Shown here piece after piece: positions 26,345-35,592 of a DNA stretch of 51,448 bases (position 1 is the first letter of the stretch; each line of letters opens with the position of its first letter). This DNA is from Eubacterium sp. CAG:786 (GTDB taxonomy: Bacteria; Bacillota; Clostridia; Oscillospirales; Ruminococcaceae): assembly GCA_000432175.1 (NCBI GenBank), contig HF989398.1, positions 1-51,448 on the forward strand, written 5' to 3'. The position numbers and the translations under genes were made by a program. Under the pieces are notes generated by a model that searched no databases, was not told the DNA's origin, and worked only from the letters and a program-made list of their open reading frames with translations.

Positions 26345-28597
26345 ATGAAACACGCATTGAGAAAATATATAGCGCCCTGCGGAAGCGCGCTGTTCATGGT
26401 CGTCAGCACAATGGCGGCTCTGGTAGTGCTTGTCACGGCAATGTATATGTCGGTGGTTTCCTCCGGGCGGGTGCAGATCGCATCATTCAACCAGGAGCAG
26501 GCTTATGTTGCGTCCACTTCAATTGCCGACAACCTCAAGGGATACCTTAACAACGGCGTTTCAGCTGCGATGCAGTCCAAACTGCTCGATCTCAACGTCG
26601 GCGACAAGATGTCCACCAACGGCAACGACTTCGCGTCGCTGGTCGAGGGCGGTACAAGGGAGGACTCCGAGCTTGGCGCGTATACAGTAACCATAACCAG
26701 GCTCAAGGACGAAAAGCAGGGCGATTCTACCATGGCGATATATGACGTGGCGGTAACGGCTTCCACCAACGGCGTTGTGGAGACCACCCACCTCTACCTC
26801 ATGACCCAGAAGGAGACCACTACACCACCCAGCATGATCACAAGATTCTTCACTGCGACGGGCTATATCCCTAACGATGTTGTCGTAGGCGACGGCGTTT
26901 ACACCAGCGAGATGTACTTCGACTCAGAGTACACCGTTTTCTCCGATATCAAGGGCGAGTCCAACTCCGACCTGACGCTTAAGGGCAGCATTATCTGTGC
27001 AGGCTCCGCAGTATTCTCCAGAGGCAAGACTACCGTTCAGTGCCAGGATACACAGGCGTGGTACATCGGTAAGAACCTCACATTCAAGAACACACAGCCG
27101 ACTTCCATCGACCTCAAGGGCAAGGGCGGCAACGCAAACGACATCAAGAACGAGCCGGAGCACGGACTTATCGTTGTCGGCGGCGACCTCACGATGACTA
27201 CCCTTAACTGGCCGAACATTGGCAACAACGGCAAATTCACAGATGTGTACGTCCTTGGCGACGCATACATTGCAAAAACCAACTTCCATGGTAATCTTTA
27301 CGTCAACGGCGATGTTTACTTCATGTCCGGCGACGATAACAAGGTAGAGGGCTACCTTTACCTTAACGGCGAGTGCAAGAACTACACCGGCGTAAGCAAC
27401 GGCCATTTCAGCAACACCAAAATCGTAAAGTGGTCCGGCTGGACTGCAACTGGCGACTGCCAGCGTGCGCCTGCCAAGACTCCTGCTGATGTGGGCAAGC
27501 TTCTCACATCTAAGATAGGCGGTTCTACCTATCTCAAGTGGCAGATCGATATGTCCGGCTTCATCATGGAGGACGAGAACACCCCCAAGAAGGAAAACAT
27601 CACGTTCTATAACGGCAACGAGGATGTTGCAAACAACAAGTACGTTCACTATATCAATAAGGACTGCGTGATCGGTGAGATCAAGTCCAAGGGCAACCAT
27701 GTAAGTTCCCTTGCGATAGTTATTGACACCGGCAACAAGGGCGATACAAGAACTATCCAGCTTTCTAACAACGATGGTTCTGAATTCTCGTGGTGCCCGT
27801 CAACTGTTGAACACGCAAGAATGAATATCGTCACCATTGGCGATGGCACGCTGGTGGTTGACGTTCCCGAGGGAGTACGCTATCAGTCAACGCATCAGGA
27901 ATTCTTCGGACACATCGGCTGGTACTATCTGCTCGGCGGCAAGGTGACGACCACAGACGCCGGCACACATGACTACTTCGACAGAAGCGGTCTGCAGTAT
28001 GTAAACAAGAGCTATATCGAGGGCGTTCTGAAGGAAACTATCCACGAGACATATTTCGACGGCTCCAAGAACAGCTGCACGACCTGCAAGTACACCGAGA
28101 CCACAGTAGACGGCAAGACTGTTTACAAGTGCACAAATCCCGACCATTACGACACCTATTCCACCAAGCCCGAAACATGCGTATGCGCAGGCTATGTTGA
28201 TACAGGTTCCGTTACTGCCTATGCGGCTTCGCACGGCATCGACATGACCTATGAGGGCAAGAGCCAGATGCCTAACGTAAACATCTGGGTAGAGTCCTGC
28301 AGCGAGAGCGCGGATATCCAGTTCGGCGTTGGATCTGATGGCAAGGGACTGCAGAACAACCTGTTCTTCGGTTATGTCTATGCGCCTTACATGACTTATG
28401 TTGACCTTTCATGCGGTGAGAACACCGGCGGTGGTGTGAGAATGGTAGGCGGTCTTATCGTATCGGATTACGTAATTTCCGGTTACTATGAGTTCATTTA
28501 TGCGCGCCCCAGCATGTCCGTCGATTCAATCGGCATCACGACCGGCGATCCGCTCAGACCTACCGGCAGCCGTGAATGGCGCCATTACGGCGTATGA
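26345..28597 (+). CDS. Large PilX/GspK-type minor pilin with extended C-terminal domain (750 aa), candidate tip adhesin
   Basis: Class III-like G|SALFMVVSTMAALVVLVTAM without Glu5, EQAYVASTS motif; beta-helix-like GD repeats and Cys cluster. Confidence 0.72.
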   Translation: MKHALRKYIAPCGSALFMVVSTMAALVVLVTAMYMSVVSSGRVQIASFNQEQAYVASTSIADNLKGYLNNGVSAAMQSKLLDLNVGDKMSTNGNDFASLVEGGTREDSELGAYTVTITRLKDEKQGDSTMAIYDVAVTASTNGVVETTHLYLMTQKETTTPPSMITRFFTATGYIPNDVVVGDGVYTSEMYFDSEYTVFSDIKGESNSDLTLKGSIICAGSAVFSRGKTTVQCQDTQAWYIGKNLTFKNTQPTSIDLKGKGGNANDIKNEPEHGLIVVGGDLTMTTLNWPNIGNNGKFTDVYVLGDAYIAKTNFHGNLYVNGDVYFMSGDDNKVEGYLYLNGECKNYTGVSNGHFSNTKIVKWSGWTATGDCQRAPAKTPADVGKLLTSKIGGSTYLKWQIDMSGFIMEDENTPKKENITFYNGNEDVANNKYVHYINKDCVIGEIKSKGNHVSSLAIVIDTGNKGDTRTIQLSNNDGSEFSWCPSTVEHARMNIVTIGDGTLVVDVPEGVRYQSTHQEFFGHIGWYYLLGGKVTTTDAGTHDYFDRSGLQYVNKSYIEGVLKETIHETYFDGSKNSCTTCKYTETTVDGKTVYKCTNPDHYDTYSTKPETCVCAGYVDTGSVTAYAASHGIDMTYEGKSQMPNVNIWVESCSESADIQFGVGSDGKGLQNNLFFGYVYAPYMTYVDLSCGENTGGGVRMVGGLIVSDYVISGYYEFIYARPSMSVDSIGITTGDPLRPTGSREWRHYGV

Positions 28598-28617
28598 TCG
28601 CGAAAGGAGAGAACAAC

Positions 28618-29634
28618 ATGAAAAAGCTCCTTAAAAAGCGCGGTTTCACGATAGTCGAGGTGCTTGTCGCTTTCGTTATCTTCGCTATCATGGCAGGTAT
28701 GGTTTCCATGATACTTGCGCAGGTGAACGTGGCAAGACGGCAGAACACCGACACTGCTGAAGAAATTCAGCAGCAGAAAGAGACCTATTACCTCAAGGAC
28801 CCCGATGTATCCTATGACAGCTCCAAGCAGAAGGGCAAGCTGGAATTCAACTTTGATAACTCCACAAACATCGAGATACCCTACATGCTCGGCGACTCCA
28901 ACGAGACCGACGAAAACGTGCTGGCGCTGGAATACTTCGTCACCCAGTACACCAAGGACGCCAAGGGAAGCACCGGCGGCGGTGGGGATACTCCGGCAGA
29001 CGACCCTGACAATCCCGGCAGCGTAACATCGCGTCTGGATACCCGCATTTATGGCGCGACCGGCGTTGATTACGTCGTGCTGGTAATGAAAAAGGACGAA
29101 AGCTACACCGGCAGCGGCTACAGATACTTCATCAAGTCCAGATCCGATTTCAGCGGCTTTGCGCAGCAGGAAAGATATGCACAGTACAGAATCCTGTTCC
29201 CGAGCGTTATCAAGGACTATGGTTACATTGATAACTATGACACTCCCAGAACTATAAAGACATGGCGTGACGGTAATGCTAACGACTACGAGGTTTATTC
29301 ACCGTATAACAGGACGCTGAGAATTTCCAACAAGATAACCGGCGATAAGATGCCTTTGTCTGACAGCCTGCAGTTTGTCAACTACTATGTAGTTCTCGAG
29401 AAGCCTCTTGAGGACATTGACGCGGGTCTGAACCTTCACAAGATCTTTGGATACTCCGATTCTGTCAAGACTGAGCGTCCCTCCGACGGCGGCTACAGAT
29501 TCCAGCCGTACGCAGAGGATAAGTACGACAAGAAGGGCACCTTTGTCAAGACTGTAACTCACTACAACGTATTCGGCGCTTTTGAGAACGCAAGCACGCC
29601 GGCAACCACTGAGGCTACGACTGAAGCGCCTTAA
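28618..29634 (+). CDS. Type IV minor pilin (338 aa)
   Basis: MKKLLKKRG|FTIVEVLVAFVIFAIM prepilin motif; AAAGGAGA RBS. Confidence 0.88.
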   Translation: MKKLLKKRGFTIVEVLVAFVIFAIMAGMVSMILAQVNVARRQNTDTAEEIQQQKETYYLKDPDVSYDSSKQKGKLEFNFDNSTNIEIPYMLGDSNETDENVLALEYFVTQYTKDAKGSTGGGGDTPADDPDNPGSVTSRLDTRIYGATGVDYVVLVMKKDESYTGSGYRYFIKSRSDFSGFAQQERYAQYRILFPSVIKDYGYIDNYDTPRTIKTWRDGNANDYEVYSPYNRTLRISNKITGDKMPLSDSLQFVNYYVVLEKPLEDIDAGLNLHKIFGYSDSVKTERPSDGGYRFQPYAEDKYDKKGTFVKTVTHYNVFGAFENASTPATTEATTEAP

Positions 29635-29647
29635 AGGAGGGCATTGA

Positions 29648-30433
29648 ATGAGATCATTTATCAGGCTTCTCCGTAAGAGAGGCTCAAGCGGCTTCACGCT
29701 GGTGGAGATGATCGTTTCGGTTGCGCTTCTGGCAGTACTGATGGCAGGCATGATGATATTCATCTCGCCTGTTATCAGGAGTTACAACGACAACCAGGTC
29801 GATAACAACGCTCAGAATGTCACCACATGCGTACAGGATTACATCTCAAGAAATATCCGCAACTCATACAAAATGGTGATTTTTGAGAACACCAGCTATA
29901 CCAGCATCAAGAGCAATTCCGCGTACACCGATGAGATCAAGAAGATGAACGACTTCTGCAATGCCAGCGGCGACCCGGGACTTACAAACAAATCCTATCT
30001 GCTGAAGTGCCTTAGCCTGCGGTACGACGACACCGACAAGAGGTTCTACCTCTGGGACGAAGCTGTTGATATGACGGCAAACGGCAATATCAAGACGGCA
30101 GACTCCAAGAAGGTGTTCGCGGACTGCCTTTTCAGTGATATCTATGTGCAGTATGAGTTCGCAAAGCCCAAAAACGGCGACTACGTTGAGGGCGGCAGCA
30201 AGCCGGAATTCCGCAAGGACGCGCTGCAGATGACTCTCACCGCTTACAGGGACGAGGATTACAGCAGCATGATATTCCAGGGTTCCGGCATCACTGAGCT
30301 GCGCCAGATAAAGTGCATGCTCGCCGACGGCAAGAGCGAAGCGGACTACTACGCAAATATCGTTGACGTCGGTTCTTCAACAGAAAAGGACATCTACATC
30401 TTCTACGTAACACGTAACTATAATGTAACGTGA
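29648..30433 (+). CDS. Type IV minor pilin (PilW-like)
   Basis: LRKRGSSG|FTLVEMIVSVALLAVLM prepilin motif. Confidence 0.88.
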   Translation: MRSFIRLLRKRGSSGFTLVEMIVSVALLAVLMAGMMIFISPVIRSYNDNQVDNNAQNVTTCVQDYISRNIRNSYKMVIFENTSYTSIKSNSAYTDEIKKMNDFCNASGDPGLTNKSYLLKCLSLRYDDTDKRFYLWDEAVDMTANGNIKTADSKKVFADCLFSDIYVQYEFAKPKNGDYVEGGSKPEFRKDALQMTLTAYRDEDYSSMIFQGSGITELRQIKCMLADGKSEADYYANIVDVGSSTEKDIYIFYVTRNYNVT

Positions 30434-30442
30434 TCGGGCAAT

Positions 30443-30472
30443 AAAAAACCTCACCGCCGAAAGACGGTGAGG
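30443..30472 (-). terminator. Terminator between convergent pilin and pilD
   Basis: aaaaaa-cctcaccg-ccgaaaga-cggtgagg. Confidence 0.75.
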
Positions 30473-30489
30473 AAATATTGCGCTTAAAA

Positions 30490-31560
30490 TCACGCGTTGG
30501 GGAAGATAAGCCCCATGTACCAGCCCACGATCTGGCTGCCGAACAGGAACGCAGCCGCGATGCCGATGGAGAGGAACGGTCCGAACACCATTCTGCGTGA
30601 GTACTTCACCTTGGTGATCTGATCCTCCTTTATCGTTATGCGGAACGCGCCTTCGCGCTCGGTGGTTATCTGCTCGCGGATAACGCGGCTCAGAGCGGAT
30701 TTGTCGGGCAGACCCTTCCATGCGTTTTCATCGAGGAATTCCCATTCGATGTCTGGCTTTCCACCGGTTATCGTGCCGACTATCACGTCGTCGTGTCCGG
30801 CAAGGACGTAGCCCACATCGCGGTCAAGCTGTTCCTGATACCACTCCGTCGCAAGCTTGCGTATCTTTTCTGTGAGTTCGATCTCAGCCTTGTGGTCGCG
30901 TATCTTCTTGACTATTCCGTAGATCGCGCCCAGGACGATGCCTATGAACAGCGCAGGAAATACACGGAATCCCAGCAGCAGGGAAGCACCCAGCATCAGC
31001 TGGAGATCACCGCCGCCCATTCCTCCGACGAGGACCAGGATAACGAACATGACAGCGACGACGCCGAGAGAAATAAGGCGCTCATGCCAGGGCGCGGAAA
31101 GCGAAGTTCCCCAGGGAATGAAGAACGCAGCGATACCCAGCACCGCAACAGTGATGCTGCACCAGTAGGGTATCTCGAAGTGGTCGATGTCGATACCGCT
31201 GAGAACGATCAGCACCGCAAAAAGAATACATGCTACGGCGAACTCCCACGAGAAGCCGTACACCAGATATGCGCCGAGGTAGGAAACTGCACAAAGCGCT
31301 TCCATGACCATGTAACGTGGAGATATCCGTGCGCCGCAGAAACGGCACTTACCGCGGAGTATCAGCCAGCTGAATATCGGGAACATGTCGTACCATTTCA
31401 GCCGGTTCCCGCAGGAGAAGCAGTGCGAAGGCTCGCTGATTATCGACTGCCCGAGAGGAGTGCGGTAGATCACCACATTCAGAAAGCTGCCGATAGTAGA
31501 GCCGAACAGGAACACGAATACCCAGGTTATAATGTCAATTGCCGTGATCGTCATTTTCAT
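30490..31560 (-). CDS. pilD: Prepilin peptidase/N-methyltransferase with ~100 aa insertion
   Basis: GSFLNVVIYR, SHCFSC, RGKCRFC, DIDHFEIP, GMGGGDLQL, FGPFL motifs. Confidence 0.93.
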   Translation of the reverse strand: MKMTITAIDIITWVFVFLFGSTIGSFLNVVIYRTPLGQSIISEPSHCFSCGNRLKWYDMFPIFSWLILRGKCRFCGARISPRYMVMEALCAVSYLGAYLVYGFSWEFAVACILFAVLIVLSGIDIDHFEIPYWCSITVAVLGIAAFFIPWGTSLSAPWHERLISLGVVAVMFVILVLVGGMGGGDLQLMLGASLLLGFRVFPALFIGIVLGAIYGIVKKIRDHKAEIELTEKIRKLATEWYQEQLDRDVGYVLAGHDDVIVGTITGGKPDIEWEFLDENAWKGLPDKSALSRVIREQITTEREGAFRITIKEDQITKVKYSRRMVFGPFLSIGIAAAFLFGSQIVGWYMGLIFPNA

Positions 31561-31584
31561 GACCCCCTTTAAAATACTGCCTTT

Positions 31585-31613
31585 ATTTTACCATAAAAAT
31601 AATGTATTTGCAA
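31585..31613 (-). promoter_or_regulatory. SigA-like promoter for pilD
   Basis: TTGCAA-17-TAAAAT with TG extension. Confidence 0.6.
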
Positions 31614-31755
31614 GGGTTTTTGAGAATAATGCACGGCTCGGCAACTATTTATATATGAACAGCGTAAAGCGCTGTCAGGGGGGAAATCACCGCGGAATGC
31701 GGTCGTTGGGGATACTGATGTGTCTCCGAATATTCTGAAAGGAAGAAATAGCATA

Positions 31756-33462
31756 ATGGCTGGACCTATTAGAAATCTGCCCATCGGTCAGATACTGGTG
31801 GAGAACGGATTTATCAACGAAAAGCAGCTGCAGGATGCGCTTGACAAGCAGAAGACCAGCGGCGGCAAGATGCTCGGCGACATCATGCTCGAGATGGGGC
31901 TCGTATCCGAGACGCAGCTTGCGCAGGCGCTGTCCATAAGGCTGAAAGTGCCGTTCGTGGATCTCGCTTCGGTGCAGATAAACAAGGACGCGGTCATGAA
32001 AATTCCCGAGGCGACTGCCAGGGAAAAGACCGTCATCGCGTTCGATATGCACAACAACCGTCTGTTGGTCGCTTCAAACGACCCCATCAACTTCTACATC
32101 TTCGAGGAACTCAAGGTCCAGACCGGCATGGAGATAGTGCCGCAGATATCCACCAAGACCCAGATCGAGGAGGCTATCGGCAGGTTTTATTCGCAGCAGA
32201 CCGTTAACAAGGTTATGAACGAGCTGGACGACGAGGCGGCAGCCGCAGCCCAGCAGAACCAGGTGGATACACAGTCCGGCGAGCGTATCGACAACGCGCC
32301 TATCGTCCGACTGGTCAACACCATGGTAGAAACAGCGTTCCGCATAAACGCGTCGGATATTCACATCGAGCCGTTCAAGAACCGCACGCGTATCCGTTTC
32401 AGAATAGACGGCGAACTCGTCGAGCAGGAGGCTATGAAGGTTTCTCCCGCGCTGCATAATTCCCTTATCACGCGTATCAAGATACTCGGCGGTATGAACA
32501 TCGCGGAGAAGCGTATCCCGCTTGACGGCCGTTTCGGCATGAAGATCGACGGCGTCAACCTGGACGTCCGTGTATCTACTATCCCCTGCGTTTACGGTGA
32601 GAAGTGCGTTATCCGACTGCTTTCCACTGCGGACGAAAAGACAAGAAAGATCACCGACCTCGGTATGACGGATTACAACTACGAGATGTTCAAGCAGATA
32701 ATCCGCTGCCCGAACGGCGTTATGCTGGTTACGGGACCTACAGGTTCCGGTAAGTCCACAACGCTTTACGCGACCCTCGGCGAGCTTTCCAAACCGAATG
32801 TAAACATCGTAACGGTTGAGGACCCTGTCGAGAAAAAGATCGACGGCGTAAACCAGTGCCAGATCAACGCAAAGGCTGGTATGACGTTTGCCGCCGCGCT
32901 CCGTTCCATTCTCCGTCAGGACCCGGATATCATAATGGTCGGAGAGATCCGTGACGGTGAGACAGCTGATATCGCTATCAGAGCCGCTATCACAGGTCAC
33001 TTCGTGCTTTCTACACTGCATACCAACGACGCGGCTTCCACTATCGTCCGTCTGGTGGATATGGGCGTTGCGCCGTACATGGTTGCTTCCTCTCTCGTTG
33101 GTATCATCGCACAGCGACTGGTCAAGCTCCTGTGCAACGAGTGCAAGGAACAGATTACACTCACAGACCCCGCAGACCTCCGTCTTGTCAGCATGGATAA
33201 GCCCGTGCAGATATGCCAGGCGCACAAGGGCGGCTGCAAGAAGTGCAGGGGAACTGGTTATTCCGGACGTACAGCGATCCATGAGATCATCGTAACGTCT
33301 AACGATATAAAGGAACTCATCTCCAGGGGCGCAACTGCCGAGGAGATAGGCGCAAAGGCTACCGAAAACGGTACGCTGCTGCTTCGCGACAACGTTACAA
33401 AGATGGTCCTTGCCGGAAGAACGACAATGGACGAGCTGGTAAAGGCTACTTATACAGTCTGA
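31756..33462 (+). CDS. pilB: Type IV pilus extension ATPase with N-terminal MshEN-like domain
   Basis: ASDIHIEP, GPTGSGKST, EDPVE, LRQDPDIIMVGEIRD, TGHFVLSTLHTND, tetracysteine CNEC...CKKC. Confidence 0.96.
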   Translation: MAGPIRNLPIGQILVENGFINEKQLQDALDKQKTSGGKMLGDIMLEMGLVSETQLAQALSIRLKVPFVDLASVQINKDAVMKIPEATAREKTVIAFDMHNNRLLVASNDPINFYIFEELKVQTGMEIVPQISTKTQIEEAIGRFYSQQTVNKVMNELDDEAAAAAQQNQVDTQSGERIDNAPIVRLVNTMVETAFRINASDIHIEPFKNRTRIRFRIDGELVEQEAMKVSPALHNSLITRIKILGGMNIAEKRIPLDGRFGMKIDGVNLDVRVSTIPCVYGEKCVIRLLSTADEKTRKITDLGMTDYNYEMFKQIIRCPNGVMLVTGPTGSGKSTTLYATLGELSKPNVNIVTVEDPVEKKIDGVNQCQINAKAGMTFAAALRSILRQDPDIIMVGEIRDGETADIAIRAAITGHFVLSTLHTNDAASTIVRLVDMGVAPYMVASSLVGIIAQRLVKLLCNECKEQITLTDPADLRLVSMDKPVQICQAHKGGCKKCRGTGYSGRTAIHEIIVTSNDIKELISRGATAEEIGAKATENGTLLLRDNVTKMVLAGRTTMDELVKATYTV

Positions 33463-33587
33463 CAAAATGTGTGGAGATATTACCCTGAGTAGCCACAAGG
33501 AATGCGGACAGCAGAAAGCCGCGCGCGTGACTTCACCGGAATATATCGACCGCAGCCGGAATACTTATATTAAAGGAGCGTAACATC

Positions 33588-34676
33588 GTGGAAGGCATGA
33601 ACACAAATATAATGGACATCAACAGGATACTCGACGAGGCAAGAGAGCTTGGCTGCTCGGACCTGCACTTCACCGCAGGCCTGCCGCCGGTAGTACGTCT
33701 GCATGGTTCCATCAGAAAGCTCAGCGGCTACCCAGACTGCACTGAGCCTATCATCGTAAATATCATCAACCAGATAACGTCTATCAAGCACAAGTCCCAG
33801 ATATCCAAGGGACTGGACACCGACTTCTCGTACGTGTCCACAGCGGGCTTCCGTCACAGAGTCAACGTATACCGTCAGCGCGGCTACCACGCAGTGGCTA
33901 TCCGTCTGCTGAGAAACGATATCCCGACCCTCGCGGACCTGGCACTCCCGGCTACCCTGGGCGAATTCGCGATGGCGCCCCGTGGGCTGGTTCTCGTGAC
34001 CGGACCTACAGGTTCCGGTAAGTCCACAACCCTGGCTGCGATGATAGACCACATCAACAGATCAAAGAACTGCCACATAATCACCGTCGAGGACCCTATC
34101 GAGTACCTGCACACACATAAGCAGTCCATGGTCAACCAGCGTGAGATCGGACAGGATGTTGACAGCTTCGCAGGATCGCTGAGAGCCGCACTCCGTGAGG
34201 ACCCGGACGTTATCCTGGTCGGAGAAATGCGTGACTTCGAGACCATCAACGCAGCCGTAACGGCGGCAGAAACCGGTCACCTGGTGTTCTCGACCCTGCA
34301 TACCACCGGCGCCGCTGAGACCATCGACCGTATCATCGACGTTTACCCCCCGCATTCCCAGGGACAGATACGCTCGCAGCTGGCTAACTCAGTTGTCGGC
34401 ATTATTTCCCAGACCCTCGTTCCCACCGCCGATGGCAAGGGACGCTGCGCGGCTCTTGAGATACTCGCGGCTACTGACGCGGTACGCGCCATGATACGCG
34501 AAGGTAAGATATTCCAGATACCGACAGCTATCGCCACCGGTAAGAAGAACGGCATGTTCACCCTCGACCAGGATCTCGCAAGGCTTGTCAACATGGGCAA
34601 GATCACCAAGGAAGTCGCGCTCACACGCTGCCAGGATCCTAACGAGTTCAAGAGATATCTTTCTGTTGGTTATTGA
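33588..34676 (+). CDS. pilT: Type IV pilus retraction ATPase
   Basis: SDLHF, RVNVYRQRG, GPTGSGKSTTLAAMID, LREDPDVILVGEMRD, AETGHLVFSTLHT, AVRAMIREGK (AIRNLIRE-like). Confidence 0.96.
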   Translation: MEGMNTNIMDINRILDEARELGCSDLHFTAGLPPVVRLHGSIRKLSGYPDCTEPIIVNIINQITSIKHKSQISKGLDTDFSYVSTAGFRHRVNVYRQRGYHAVAIRLLRNDIPTLADLALPATLGEFAMAPRGLVLVTGPTGSGKSTTLAAMIDHINRSKNCHIITVEDPIEYLHTHKQSMVNQREIGQDVDSFAGSLRAALREDPDVILVGEMRDFETINAAVTAAETGHLVFSTLHTTGAAETIDRIIDVYPPHSQGQIRSQLANSVVGIISQTLVPTADGKGRCAALEILAATDAVRAMIREGKIFQIPTAIATGKKNGMFTLDQDLARLVNMGKITKEVALTRCQDPNEFKRYLSVGY

Positions 34677-34691
34677 TTTTTGGTGTTGGAT

Positions 34692-35303
34692 ATGAAAATG
34701 ATAGGCAGGCTCCGGCGCAAGAACGGTTTCACGCTGGTGGAGCTGGTTGTTGTCGTTGCAATAATCGGGGTGCTGGCAGGTCTGCTGATACCCACGATGT
34801 ATAATGTGGTCATAAATTCCCAGATAGCGTCGTCAAATCATCTGGCAAAGACGATAAGGGACAGGACCGCAGAATTCCTGACGAAGCTTGATACACAGAT
34901 GGACACCCACGTGGGCGGCGCGGAAACTGTTGTCATAAAGGTGGATAACGGCGTCTGGACGCTCACGGGAGGTTCTTCCGAAGACTGGATAGACAAGGTG
35001 AACCACTGGAACACCCTGCCCCAGGTCACTACGTCTGACGCCGGCAGCAAGCGCGACACCGAACTGCTGTCGTACCTCGCGGTAGTCACCCAGGGAATGG
35101 GCACCGCATATATTGAGCTGCACGTTGAATACAGCCACGTCATCGGCGTTGCGCTGATACAGGGCGCTTCGCAGCCGGCGTATGTCATGCCGTCGCTGCA
35201 GGATATGCGGGACGGGGTGTTTGATTTCGACGGCTCCGATAAGGCGGGCAGGCTCGGCGACGGCACCGTGCTGGGCACATCACCGATATTGTCCTTTCCG
35301 TGA
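34692..35303 (+). CDS. Type IV pilin, paralog of the major pilin
   Basis: RRKNG|FTLVELVVVVAIIGVLAGLLIP; C-terminus DKAGRLGDGTVLGTSP parallels DKAGLDTDGVVIGTNP of 35593. Confidence 0.88.
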   Translation: MKMIGRLRRKNGFTLVELVVVVAIIGVLAGLLIPTMYNVVINSQIASSNHLAKTIRDRTAEFLTKLDTQMDTHVGGAETVVIKVDNGVWTLTGGSSEDWIDKVNHWNTLPQVTTSDAGSKRDTELLSYLAVVTQGMGTAYIELHVEYSHVIGVALIQGASQPAYVMPSLQDMRDGVFDFDGSDKAGRLGDGTVLGTSPILSFP

Positions 35304-35461
35304 CACGGAAAAAATGCAGGTGTGGCATTCCGAACATGCAGAATGTAAATGATTAACACACGTTACACAAAAACTTTTCACAAAGTGCACAAAAATGCCT
35401 ATGCCGAATAGATTGTTTTAAACGAATTTGTGTTTGCATTGCTTTTTTTTGAAAAAAACAC

Positions 35462-35490
35462 TTGCATTTTTTATCGCGATAGGATATAAT
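35462..35490 (+). promoter_or_regulatory. SigA promoter of major pilin
   Basis: TTGCAT-17-TATAAT, A/T-tract UP element upstream, palindrome tatcgcgata in spacer. Confidence 0.72.
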
Positions 35491-35592
35491 GTGATTACAG
35501 CAAAGGAACATAGCTCCGATGCGAAATAAACATGGATATAGCTCCGCTGGGGTTATACATAAAAAATTTTTTACTTTCAGGAGGTCTTTACA

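Noticed and set aside
30443..31755. Invertible DNA segment explaining the reversed pilD
   Set aside because: No flanking inverted repeats or recombinase seen; pilD has its own promoter and terminator
32074..33498. 474-aa minus-strand ORF
   Set aside because: Antisense shadow of pilB
35443..35458. Phase-variable homopolymer upstream of pilA
   Set aside because: T8/A7 tracts are short, lie outside the -35/-10 spacer and fit an UP element
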